Assembly: GCA_043228905.1 (NCBI GenBank)
Contig: JBHGNT010000001.1
Coordinates: 29,636,001-29,700,000, forward strand
Reading direction: 5' to 3'
From: Azolla caroliniana
Taxonomy: Eukaryota; Plantae; Polypodiophyta
Length of the DNA: 64,000 bases
The notes beneath the pieces were generated by a model that saw only the letters and a list, made by a program, of their open reading frames with translations, was not told where the DNA came from and searched no databases. Each line of letters begins with the position of its first letter. The stretch's first letter is position 1. Made by a program: the position numbers and the translations under genes. Shown here one piece after another: positions 37,583 through 50,232 of this stretch.

Positions 37583-39301
37583 ACGTCATTGGAAGTACCT
37601 CTCGCCGACAAGGTACTAGCACTACTCTTGCTGGGTTCCCTCCCAGATATCATCAGGGAACCCCGCCCACAAGGTGTCCTCATGAGGTCCAATACGATTA
37701 TGTAAGTAACATCAGACCGCTCCTTTGCCTGCTTCACGAGATAGGATGCAGTGGTCTCTCTCCATGCCACACACTCTACATGGGAGTGCCCACTCCACAC
37801 ACACACACACACACACCCCTCTAGATGAGATCCGTCTTATGTTGGGCTACAGAGTGCCTACCCATGATAGTTGGGTTTGTGGCGTTTGGATATTCCTTCC
37901 ATCTTCTCAACATTGGGAAATCTCCCTCTACTCAAAACCCATTTTTAGATGGCTCGTGGTCCTTCCATCACTCTCTCGTTGGGCCACAAAGACTCTCTCT
38001 CTCCCTCTCTCTTCCTTTCTTTATTTGTTTTTTTGGTAAAAGCACATAATTATATTAATTGTATGTAAATTCCACTTACTTACAACACTTCTTAGTCTCC
38101 TCTACCTATCATATGCCTATGTCGGTAGAGGGTTCACTAAAGCATTTTCCCTTGTTCCCTTGATAGAAAGGAGGGTACCTTGTCCTCTGAGAGACAGAGA
38201 CAGACATAGACACAGACACACAGAGACAGAGAGAGAGAGAGACCATAGCTAGCTGTCTCTATTTATTTAGGGCTAGTTCACATGTAATTGTAGTTTCCTT
38301 GGCTTCTTCTGTCTCTTCTATTATGTGTCTTTTGTATTCTTCTTTTTTTAGCTTCATTGGTGGGAACACTTACTCACACCCTAGTAGTGGTGGTGGTGGT
38401 GGTGGTGGTGGTTGTGTGTGATAACCCAACCTTATTCCGACCCAATGAATGTGTTCGCATCTCATCAATGATTGCCATCACGTCAACCAAAGTAGCCTCC
38501 TGTCCTCGTGACTTCACGATCACGAGCATCTCATCATTCACCCGGAACACACGCACACACACCAATTTCAACTCGAGAGAGTGCTATCATCGTTAGGGAA
38601 CCATGCCCACAAGGTGTCCTCATGAGGTCCTATACGATTATGTAAGTAACATCAGACTGCTCCTTTGCCTGCTTCACGAGATAAGATGCAATGCTCTCTC
38701 TCCATGCCACACACTCTACGTGGGAGTGCCCACTCCAGACACACACACACACACACCCCTCTAGATGAGATCCGTCTTATGTTGGGCTACAGAGTGCCTA
38801 CCCATGATAGTTGGGTTTGTGGTTTTTGGATATTCCTTCCATCTTCTCAACATTGGGAAATCTCACTCTACTCAAAACCCATTTTTAGATGGCTCGTGGT
38901 CCTTCCATCACTCTCTCGTTGGGCCACAAAGACCCTCTCTCTCTCTCTTCCTTTCTTTATTTGTTTTTTTGGTAAAAGCACATAATTATATTAATTGTAT
39001 GTAAATTCCACTTACTTACAACACTTCTTAGTCTCCTCTACCTATCATATGCCTATGTCGGCAGAGGGTTCACTAAAGCATTTTCCCTTGTTCCCTTTAT
39101 AGAAAGGAGGGTACCCTGTCCTCTAAGAGACAGAGACAGAGACAAATACAGAGAGAGATAGACCATAGCTAGTTGTCTCTGCTTATTAACGCCTAGTTTA
39201 CATGTAATTGTAGTTTCCTTGGCTTCTTCTGTCTCTTCTCTTATGTGTCTTTTGTATTCTTCTTTTTTTAGCTTCATTGGTGGGGACACTTACTCACACC
39301 C

Positions 39302-39351
<50 letters not shown>

Positions 39352-39905
39352 TGGTTTGTGATAAACCCACCTTATTCTGACCCAATGAAAGTGTTCGCAT
39401 CTCATCAATGATTGCCATCACGTCAACCAAAGTAGCCTCCTGTCCTCGTGACTTCACGATCACGAGCATCTCATCATTCACCCGGAACACACACACCAAT
39501 TTCAGTTAGAGAGAGTGATATCATCGTCAGGGAACCACGCCCACAAGGTGTCCTCATGAGGTCCAATACGATTATGTAAGTAACATCAGACCGCTCCTTT
39601 GACTGCTTCACGAGATAGGATGCGGTGGTCTCTCTCCATGCCACATACTCTACATGGGAGTGCCCACTCCACACACACACACACACCCCTCTAGATGAGA
39701 TCCGTCTTATGTTGGGCTACAAAGTGCCTACTCCCAATAACACACTCCGTCTTATGTTGGGCTACATAGTGCCTACCCATGATAGTTGGGTTTGTGACGT
39801 TTGGATATTTCTTCTATCTTGTCAACATTGGGAAATCTCCCTCTACTCAAAACCCATTTTTAGATGGCTCGTGGTCCTTCCATCACTCTCTCGTTGGGCC
39901 ACAAA

Positions 39906-39956
<51 letters not shown>

Positions 39957-40234
39957 TTTCTTTATTTGTTTTTTTGGTAAAAGCACATAATTATATTTAT
40001 TGTATGTAAATTCCACATACTTACAACACTTCTTAGTCTCCTCTACCTATCATATGCCTATGTCGGCAGAGGGATGCTCTCTCTCTCTCTCTCTCTCTCT
40101 CTTTCCTGTAATTACCTTACCCTAGTGGTAAGTTGTTGACATTACAAGCATTGCATCATGGGTTCGAGACCCAATTTCCTCACCTCTTTATTATATACTT
40201 CATATACTCTTAACTTTCTCTCTCTCTCTCTACA

Positions 40235-41060
40235 AACGCCCTACACCCTCCTACTCCTTGAGGCGGGATCGCTTCCCATTGAGATCATGGCCATGGAAAG
40301 GGTTGTTGAATACATGCTTAAGGTTCAAAAAAGTTCCTCACATCGACTTCCTAGAATTATGTGGGAAGCAAGAAAAAAGATCCAAAAGACGCATAAAAGC
40401 AAATTTTTGTGTTATAGTTGGATGCACGATATAGAAAAATGGTTTGGTAGATGGGATGTGAGACACTTGCTTTAGGATGCATCATTAGATTCCCTTGTAA
40501 ATGAGGCATTTTTGCAATGCCAATGTATCATGACATGGGACAAATGTGGAGGCTCATGCCTCACACGTTATACTACACATGTTGCACCTAACTACAAAAC
40601 CATATTCTTTGTGGAACGAGGAAATCGTACACATCGATACATGTTAGAGCCCATACCGTCATCTTCCATTCGAACCATTGCTTCCATGCGACTTAGCTCA
40701 CATGCATTGCGATGTGAGACGAGGCGTTGGGGCACAAGTGATGAGAGTGGTCGGCTATGCACACTTTGCCCTAAACAAGTTCGCAAGTCTGAGTATCACA
40801 CTTTGATACAATGCTCTGCCTTTGATCATATTCGACCATGCTTTCCACATCTCTTCGACCGAGCCCAATCCTTGCATGAATTCCTCTCACAACCACAATG
40901 TGCACTCTCGATTGCAACATTCATTGGTAAAGTTCTTGAACATCGAGAGTCACTACTCACTTTCACACGTATCACGTGAAATGTAATATTTTTGGTCTCA
41001 TAGGTCATATTTGACCTCCAAAGACAATAATATAATCTATCTTTCTCTAGCTCTATCTCT
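40235..41060 (+). mobile_element. RTE-like LINE 3' end
   Basis: RLSSHALRCETRRW...RLCTLC...EYHTLIQCSAFDHIR is a typical C-terminal motif. Related copies lie at 19016, 23933 and ~52340. Confidence 0.8.
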
Positions 41061-41399
41061 CTCAACTTAATCAAAAACTTGTGAGTTGATCCTCTATATA
41101 GGTACAATGGAGAACTAGTTCTTCATTCAACTAAACACCCATGAATTCAAGATCATCATAAGCGGCAATAGATAACCATGCCAAGTCAAAGACAATTTGA
41201 CTCTCCACGCCAACATAACGCCCTTGAGCTTCAACATTTTCTCCACCAATGAGATATAGAAGAATACATGGAACCAAACCCTCCAACCAAGTGAAATCCA
41301 TCACACTCATTTTATACTGTGAAATGCACATAAGAGATCAAAACCAACCTAGATAGCTTCTTACTTCTTATTCAATTTATAGTTAATACTAAGGTACCT

Positions 41400-44300
41400 A
41401 TTTGGGTTAAGAGGGCTATAGGCGGATAGAGATCAATCGCTCCTGTGTCCACCTAGACTTGGTTGAGGTGGGGGATAGGAGGGCTACCGTGTTAGAGGGG
41501 GATTGGGGAAAGATCAAATGGCAGAGAAAGATCAATCCCTCTTGTGGACTCAGGGTCACCTAGACTTGGTTGAGGTGGGAGCCAGGAGGGCTATAGGGTG
41601 TGCTAAAAGGGTGGCACAAAGGAACACATGCACACCACAATACCATACCATGCTAAAGTTAAAATAGCTAAATTGTGACCAAACAAACCCTCACTCTGAA
41701 ACATTTGCGAAAATAAAACCACATGTAACATTACCTAACCCATTCTCCTCCTAGGCATCCAATATATAATCATCTTCACTTATGCAACTTTGCACCCGAT
41801 TTCTACACATGCTAGCTACATCTTGATACCGAAGTCTTCTCACGACATAAAATTATTACATTGGGACTACATTGGTCCTTACATTATGCCCCCTTCAAGA
41901 AATATTTTCTTCTTCGTGAACAAATATGTGGAATCTTTTGCGAAGTGTGGGCCAATATTCAACCATGTGGTCGTTGACTCAACAACATCCCGCCAATTAA
42001 CGAGGATCTTATGACAAACACGATGGATATTTGTTTTTCATATGCATGTAGGAACGTCTAGTTCATGCGGTAACATGTCTACTAACTTGGGAATTTTATC
42101 ATATGTAATAGTGTTCCATGAGAGAATTCAAGGCAATTAGTTGCACACAATTTGGAAAAACCATCTTTGAAGAAATGAAATGGAAATTGGGATGCACTTT
42201 ACTAGATGAAGGTAAATCTAACTTGTAAGTGATCTCTCTAATTTGTGAATTGGAAATGGTCCACAATAAAGTGTTGACAACTTTGGAAATAGTCTTTAAG
42301 TGTCTCACGATCCTCAACTCCAAATTTTATTGATAAACTTCTAAACCCATCCCAAATAGTGTCAGTAATCTAATACATGTAACCAACAATGAAGTTACTT
42401 GTCTTAGTAGGTTTATCCACAAAATCAAGACCTCTACTATTTATTGGCAAGTTGACAATAAAATCCATTGAAATTCATTCCCATTTCACATTGGAAATTT
42501 GTTGCATTTAGGTGGCCTATTTTATTGGCTTGAGAAACTAGACACTTCATTACATGCTCATAAAAATAATGTATAATGATGACCAATAACATCATTGATG
42601 CATGTCAACATATGTCTTACATATCGCAAGAGGCTTTGTGTTTCAACTATTGTTATACTCTTGAAGGATATGATGCCCATTGCCTAGCATTGTCATCCAA
42701 AGGAGCATATACTATTTCTTTATGAAGTAACAACAACCTATTATCAAAGACAAAATTCTTCGACCATTTTTGTTTCTACGAGGTAATGGAAGAATCTATT
42801 GTAGGCAATCTACATTTGAAATCTTTTGTTCGAAAGAGATCTCATGGGCTTTCTATGACTTGCAAGTTGCAACCATTGTGTCTCCCACGTAACCCATCTA
42901 GAAAATTGCTTGCAATGTGGGTAAACAACAAAGTGTGGTATAGTTTCTGAGCATCCTTGGAAACTTTCACTAAGGCATGGGCTTGGAGAAAATGACAGAC
43001 TTTTTAAAGATGCTCTAAATGAATCTCTTGTACTAAGGTATACTTTAGGGTATCATCGAAAAACGCGTACACAAATTAACCACATTATTGTAGACTTTGT
43101 GAAACCAATCAACATGAACAAAAATTGTACGGGATTCCATTTTATGAACATATCTCATCTCATGCATGTACTTGACGATATCATAAACAAAGGTCTATCT
43201 TGGAAAAGTAGTATGATCCTTGACGTTGATCAAACAACTTGTTTACTTGAATAGGCATCAAATCTTTATTCCTTATTGTGAGCAAATTTAACTTCAGATA
43301 ATCAATACACATAAGCATCTTATAATAATTTTTCTTAACCAACAAAATGGATTTATTTCCAAGAGAAGATGACAAACAAATAAACCTTTGGAAATAAATA
43401 CCCACTTATTATGTTTTGACTTATCACACCTCTTTTGCACTTGAGCAAGATTAGGTTTTAAAGATGTGAATGCTTCAAGGCAAACAGGGAGGCAACCTTG
43501 GTGGAAGTAATTACTTCAGAATCAAATCTATGTATTTATTTTAGAATAATTGTAAAGGTAGAGAAGAAGAAACAGATGACGCCATAGTTTGACAATCCTC
43601 GTAAAACCTAGACATCTCATAATCCAAATTAATGTTATCTATTGATTGAGAATGACTTAACAATATAAACTTCATATTACAAACTCTAGCAGTCGAAATG
43701 TATATGTCCTAGTGCTTACAATTATTAAACATTTTTACATGTGTATCCCATGCATCTATGTTGCCACCTTGCATCATGGAGAGTATGTACTTTTAACTCT
43801 TTGGGGACTCTCCTAACTACAATCTACTTAGCGACATATAGTTGACAAATTAATGTGTGGCTTCGTTGTCCACCAATGTGTGCACACTAATCTCATTAAT
43901 AATGGCACACATATGAAAGGACACATGACATCCTCACAAAAGCCATCACAAACTATTGACTACATGACAAACTTAGTCACTACAACTAGTTTTGATTTGG
44001 TAAAACTTGGACTCAGTAAGTTCTCATTCGGTCAACTCCACACAAGAGAACTCATTATCTTGTGGTTGTTGAGTTCTCTTGTGGATAACCAACACAAAGG
44101 AACTCAACAGGTTCTCCCTTGTGAAGCCAACATAGTTCTGTGTGTAGGTTGTAGCTCTCCTACATGACAACAAGCACAAGAATGAGGAAACACACCTACA
44201 TACCTAAGAGCAATGTTGTTTCTCAAGAGTGCGCACCACTTGCTATAGTGGTGAGGGATGATGCCAAACCTCTTGGTCACCAAAGCTACCATAACCCAAC

Positions 44301-44400
44301 CCCTAGGGGTTCGACATTGACCCTAGGGATTTTACACTTCTTTCTTCTTCCTTTCGCCTTCCCCATCGCATAAGCTACTAATAAGATCAATTACCTTGTG
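41400..44400 (-). mobile_element. Highly decayed Ty3/gypsy element (RT, integrase end, PPT, 3' LTR remnant)
   Basis: MCIDYLKLN...FSKIDL (43181-43405), YKLDLPSSSKVHPNFH (42099-42323), and PPT GAAGGGGGCATAA followed by TGTAAGG at ~41875-41897. Confidence 0.7.
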
Positions 44401-44634
44401 ATCCCTCTTCCTAAAGTCATATTACTTCCTGTTATTAAAGTTCACCCGTGCTCCTTTTTTAAAATCCTAAATCCCCCTAAACACAAACACCCCTTAATAC
44501 ACTCTAGTACACATTTATACACAAAATTATTCACACTTACACATTTGAACATTTACTTACATATATACCACAGTTGTTAAGAAACTTGTATTCTACTTTT
44601 AGAATGCTTTGAAGTATTCTACACATATTCTATG

Positions 44635-47600
44635 TTTTCTTTTTCCAAAAAAAACACCTTCCATTAGTTATAAAAATTTACAAATGAGACGATTATGTAC
44701 AAATCCCTGTGGGGACGCGATAGTTCCATCTTATGTGGATGCCCACTGACTCAAGAAAGGGAGAGGACGACCATTGTTGGATGAAGGCTATTCATTGTCT
44801 TTCAACTCCATCGGAGCCGCCCTTGAGGCCATCATATTGGCTCTTTAGAGTGGCTACAATTTCACACCATATCTCTTGTAGTAACCTTGTTGGATGCACA
44901 GTTTGGTTGGAGAAGACCCCTCTACACTGTTGTTTCCATAGAATCCAAAGAGTTATTGGGCTGACCAATTCCAACACAACTTGAGATTTGTCATTAAGAG
45001 GAGTTGAGTGGACATTGCCGTTGGTGGAGAAAAAAACCTCTTGTGCTTTTATCACCAAAGTCATCCCCTCCTCCTGATGCTTGTATCTGCCAACTAGGGT
45101 CTGCTATGATAGCCAACATATATTTCCCCACTTGATTGAGCCTTGCACCTGGCATAATTGCAACAAGCGGCCAACCCCCCACCATATTCGATGGGACGTT
45201 GGGCAGTCCCACAGAGCGTTGTAGCGTTGTTACGCGCGTGCGTGTGGAAACGAGGCGGGACCGCGGGGGTCTCGAACCAAAGAGCAAGCGAGGGAGGAGA
45301 AAGAGAGAGAACCGGCTACGCAGGACCGGGGATACACAGGGACACGGCCCTTCAGCACGGAGAACGCGAACAGACACCGACACAGACAGATGCGAATGAC
45401 TAAATATGTATATTAACAAAAATGGCTAACACGACTACAACCCTCGATGGGGCACAGGTTGGTTACAACCGAACAGGCCGGCGAACAGATGCCGATGCTT
45501 GTTCGCTTCGACGCACAAAGGGGCAGCAGGTCGGAGGTACTGCCGGAAGCACTCGGGCGTTCCTCGAAACAACGCGAGCCTCCTCGGGACCCTGCACAGA
45601 AAGCTATGGAGCTCAAGAAGGAAGGAAACAGAGAGAGAAGCGTCCAGAAACGGTCCGACAGCACTTCGTCCTCTCTGCGCGAGATCCCTGCAACAGCTCT
45701 TTCCTGCTCCTTATATAGGCCGACGAGCAGGCCGTCATGTCAGCTTTATTCCCTGTCCCTTTCGAGCAGGGATCCGCTCCGTTCTTCACGCACCCGCGTA
45801 GTTACGCCGCCGACTCGTACAGTTCCTTAGCTCGCGCGCGCGACCGAAAAGACTGTTCGCGCGGTCTTTGTCTCCACTTGTGTTAGGGCCCGTTCCTGCC
45901 GATTATCCTCCTAATTCGCTTCTATGTACAACTTGGAGCGTGCGCGCGTGAAGAACCGGTTCCCACGCCTTGGTGCGCCGATTCCGCTTATGGACGGTTT
46001 TCTTCACGACAGCGTGTCGTATTGTTTCTACTACATTTGGGCACTCTACACAATTAGGAGAGCTAAGGTTCCCATGTTGCCATGCTCCCACCGGTAGGGA
46101 CTTATGTATTAATAGCCATTGGAACGTGGTAATTCACCTCGCGTGTTGTTGTTTCCAGATTTTCTACCAAAACTTGGTGATAATTGTGGGAGGAACTTAA
46201 AATGTGTGCCAGACCTTCGCAATAGCCGACTCTTGGGCGGTTTGAGCAGCTAGAATGTGGCGACCCAATCTAGTTGTGAATTGGAAGAAAGGGATGGGTT
46301 TGCTTCCTTACCCCGCGTAAGGATCACGCCATGTCCATTGCAAAGGGTCCCAACTGACCTTACGTAGCCATGTGTTTTCATGAGTACATAAGTTTGTACT
46401 TTGATCAGATCAGGATCTACAATCCATTTATGACCAGTAAACGTCTGAAGTATTCGAATTGCGTTATTCTGTGTTGATGTCTAAGTGTCTCGCAATTCAG
46501 AGCCTTCGATCCTGTCTGGTGTTCCCCTACCCCTCGGGAACAAAGATCCCTCCTCCTCGTGGCCTATCCATTTCTCCATTCTCGTCCTTTGAGTAGCAGT
46601 TTCCCTAATCAGTAGAGCGTTAATGATTTCTGATCTCATAGTCCATCCGCCCTTGATTCCATGGAGTATGTTGGCTTGATCTTGTAGTGGCAGTGACATA
46701 AACTGTCGCCAACATTCTATACTTTTTCCTGGACCTTCTGCAATGTATCCCCATGACAACCCCATATGTGATCCCAATAGTTGATTAGATTCATCATTGA
46801 TACATGGGTTCCATAGGATATGTTGACTGAGCCAGGCAAGTTCGGAACTCGGTTTATCGCACTTGAGCCCTCGTCTAATGTCACACCATGCCTTCCACAT
46901 GGATGCACTGAATCTATCCTCCAATTTGCGGGAGAAACTAGGTTTGAGATCCATGTTTAGAATCCATCATGTTTGGGGGGCCCAATTGACCCCTTTTCGT
47001 GGCCCAAAGTAAGCGAAACGTTACCGCAGTAGCATTTTCCAACTGTCATTTCCTGGTTGGAGTCCTCGCACCACAAATTTTGCAAGTAAGTATTTTGATT
47101 GTGAAAGGGGATCAATAAGACCCAATCCCCCTCTTGACTTAGACGTTGTGAGTATAGGCCACGCCACCTTTGCGCGAGTTACATGGTCTTCCTTACCAAA
47201 CCAAATGTAGTTGTGGACCAGTCATTGAATCTAATGTATACTTTCCTTGGAGATTGTCTAACATGATAGACTGTAACATGTTGTTGCGAGTAGTACCTGG
47301 TTTGCCACTATGATGCGACCCGCTAGCGACAGTTTTTTCGAACTCCAATGTATCAACTTTTGTCGAATGGAATGGATAACAGTTGCAATCATAGTCTCCG
47401 GCGGTATGTTGAAACCAATTTGGAAACCCAAATATTTGGTGCTCGCTCCTTGATTGATCCATTTGAAAGCGGGATGTGGGTGCCAGGCCGGATGTGTTTC
47501 ATGAGAAAGCCATATTGCGCAGGATTTGTGCCAACTGATCATGGCATTGGATCTTTTGCAAAATACGGCTAACCCACTTTCTAGCTTTTGGAGGTTTTCC

Positions 47601-48690
47601 AAGTCCCCTTGTAGGTAGACCATTGTGTCATCTGCAAATTCTATATCCATGATGCTTTGGTGAGAACGAGGTACGGGAAGACCACGTAGGTTGAGATGCC
47701 ACGAGTTGAGAAATCAAGAGAGTGCTTCGGTGTATAATAGAAATAAGGATGGAGCTAGTGGGCATCCCTGTCGTACAGATCGGGATATTCGAAAAAAGGG
47801 GCCCCTTTCACCTACCAATGAAACGCAACTGTTGTCGTTCCTATAAAGTCCTACAATGCCTTTGATCTATGTCTCTTGAAAGCCGAGTTTCCCCATCACA
47901 CTTTCTAGAAAGTTCCAGCATACCTTGTCATATGCTTTCTCAAAATCTAGTAGCACCACCGCTACCTTGTTGTCGGTACGCTTGGCAAGGGCTATTGCTT
48001 CCCAAAATGAGAAGAGGTTGTCTAGGATGCTCCGATTTCTAACGAAACCTGTCTGGGATGGATGAATGAGTTGAGGGAGAAGTGGTGTTAAACGGTGTGC
48101 CATGATTTTTGCGAGCAACTTATAGACAGTATTGAGAAGAGTTATGGGTCGCTGCTTGCTAATGTCATTGGCACTACCACCACTTTTAGGAATGAGATGT
48201 ATCATCCCTTGTCCAAATTCCTCCGACATGCTTCCAGAGGTGATGATATCCTCATATGCTCAGAGGAGGTCTTCTTTAATAGTGTCCCAAAGGCATGTGA
48301 AAAAGTGTGGGGTGAGGCCGTCGATTCCGGGGCAACTATCGGCATCCAAATCAAAGAGGGCCTCCCATATCTTGATGATTAATACGGGACACGCAAGCCA
48401 TGTATTCATTTCCGGCGTGACTTTCTCGAGTATGCTTTGGAGGATAATATCTTCTCTTATGTCTTCCCCTGTAGCCATAGTATCTTTGGTAAGTAGGCAA
48501 TTATAGTAACTTGTGGCAATATTCCTTATTTCGTCGTCGTCCTCAATGGTCGTTCCATCAGGCTCTCAGTTGAGGCTGCGCATCACTGTTCTAGCATGCC
48601 TCGGGCCTTTGGAGCAGAAGAATCCCTTCGTTGTTTTGTCCCCTACTCGAATCCATTGCGCCATGCTTCCATGAAACTCCATGTCATATA
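44635..48690 (-). mobile_element. 5'-truncated L1-like LINE, ORF2 pseudogene (RT plus zf-RVT)
   Basis: RPITLLNTVYK, QTGFV, LDFEKAYDKV, RQGCPLAP, FADD, YLG and CVEC...H motifs, with stops and frameshifts. Interrupted by a solo LTR. Confidence 0.92.
45220..46011 (-). mobile_element. Solo LTR (792 bp) related to the gypsy LTR at 2935-3415
   Basis: TGT...ACA ends. 4-bp TSD GCGT at 45216-45219 and 46012-46015. The empty site is visible in the sister LINE at ~51000. Terminal 20 bp are identical to 3396-3415. Confidence 0.9.
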
Positions 48691-48751
48691 TTTCCCCATT
48701 TTATGATTTTTCACATATTCTTAGTACTTTATGTGTTCTATTTGTTAAAAC

Positions 48752-49124
48752 TAACAATCGGCAACGTTTTGAAACTGAACTAGTTAAAACATTTGGAAAC
48801 TTGAACCGAACTACAAACCATTTGAACCGAAACCAATTAAACCAAACCGTTAAAACTGTGGTTTCATGGATCAACTTCAGTTTTCAATTGAGGTCAAAAT
48901 TCAAAATTCAAAATTTTCATTATTTGAAATTTTAATTTTTCAAAATTTTTTTCCTAGAATGTAGGAATTAGGCTTAAAAATGAAAAGGTTGTTTTAAAAA
49001 AAGTGTAAAAATAAAAAACCTTTAAACCGTTTAAATTGCAGTTTCTAGCCATTTAAATCGTTAAGCCATTAAGCCACGGTTTTGCGGTTCAATTAGGTTC
49101 AAACCAAACCATTGTCAATTGTTA
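48752..49124. mobile_element. hAT-type MITE, copy 1
   Basis: TIR TAACAATCGGCAACG / CATTGTCAATTGTTA. 8-bp TSD GTTAAAAC / GTTAGAAC. AAACCG subterminal repeats. Confidence 0.8.
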
Positions 49125-49299
49125 GTTAGAACTGCCATTTTATAACTTTTTGTGTATTTAACATGTATCTAACATTTCAAAATTTTAATGTATTTTATTT
49201 GTAAAATACATCTTCTAAGTATTAAAAATACATCTTCTAAGTATTAAAAATACATCTTCTAATGTATTTTATTTGTAAAATACATCTTCTAAATATCTA

Positions 49300-49990
49300 T
49301 TCCATGACTGGTGTTGATCTCCTTGATGTTAACAAGGGAGATCAACCCTTTTTATACATGTAGTGATGCATGATAACCATGCTCATGCCAAGTCTTACAT
49401 GCTATAATATCAAGCATACTAATTCTTGCATGCCAAGTCTTACATACTCAGTCTTACATATTGAGTCTTACATATTGGGTCTTACATACTAGGACTTACA
49501 TACCACTCTTTATACAAAGGTTTGAAGTCTAAAGTTTGTTTAGGAGAAATACATATATACAAGGGCCTAAGGTTCACATTTGAGTCAATGTTCATGACAT
49601 TATCCTCCCCTTAAGTGCCGACTTCAAGAAGATGCGGGTTTGTGAGGATTACGAAAGAAAACGCCACCATGATTGACTTACAACAAACTTTAAAGCTCCA
49701 AGGATTTAATCCTACGAACTTGAACCCAGTATACACACCAATTTAGTTGATGAATATGATGACATATCTCCATGCACAATTGGGTATCTTAATGGTTGAG
49801 AAGGTTCTATGACTTCTTTAACATTGTCAATTGCCACAAATGAAGTTCTTTTAACTTTAGAACATATTTCCTCAACCCAACTTGCGATTCAAAAGCAAAG
49901 GTATTCCCATATTCCCTCAATACCCCAATGATTCATAATACCTCAAAAGTGAATTCCCCCATTACTACAAGAGCTCAAATCGTTTTTGGA
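49300..49990 (-). mobile_element. LTR retrotransposon 3' remnant (PPT and start of 3' LTR)
   Basis: The minus strand reads AAGGGGAGGATAA-TGTCATGAACA at 49613-49589, the same LTR start as the solo LTRs at 5218 and 37218. Confidence 0.6.
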
Positions 49991-50001
49991 AATACTCTAT
50001 C

Positions 50002-50140
<139 letters not shown>

Positions 50141-50232
50141 ACACATATCTTATTTTGCTATATGAGGACTACCTATGTAGTCCTTTATATCATCACATTA
50201 TGTATATGCAAGATCTTAATGTTATCAAACCA

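Larger units (their letters stand above)
35703..37648 (+). mobile_element. Truncated Ty1/copia element: 5' LTR (35703-36545), PBS and gag fragment
   Basis: TG...CA LTR; PBS TGGTATCAGAG at 36548-36558; gag from ATG 36575 (KLTGSNYSVRKSKMRDML...HELWEKI...LLLGSLPD), broken by a solo LTR and a duplication, then fused back to the array. Confidence 0.9.
32539..40073. repeat. Tandem array of six ~0.92-1.0 kb units, with unit 4 interrupted by a copia fragment
   Basis: The marker GGG(C/T)TCACTAA recurs at ~32542, 33457, 34421, 35364, 38133 and 39069, and the array ends at GCAGAGGG 40073. Units contain variable (GA)n, (GTA/GTG)n, (CA)n and (CT)n tracts. Confidence 0.97.

Noticed and set aside
33064-40009. 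Plus-strand ORFs repeated in the array (MLGYRVPTHDSW..., MRSVLCWATEC...)
   Set aside because: Starts, ends and frames vary with microsatellite length and no domain is recognisable; they are probably antisense shadows.
45136-45830. Several overlapping 80-140 aa ORFs
   Set aside because: Chance ORFs in the GC-rich solo LTR.
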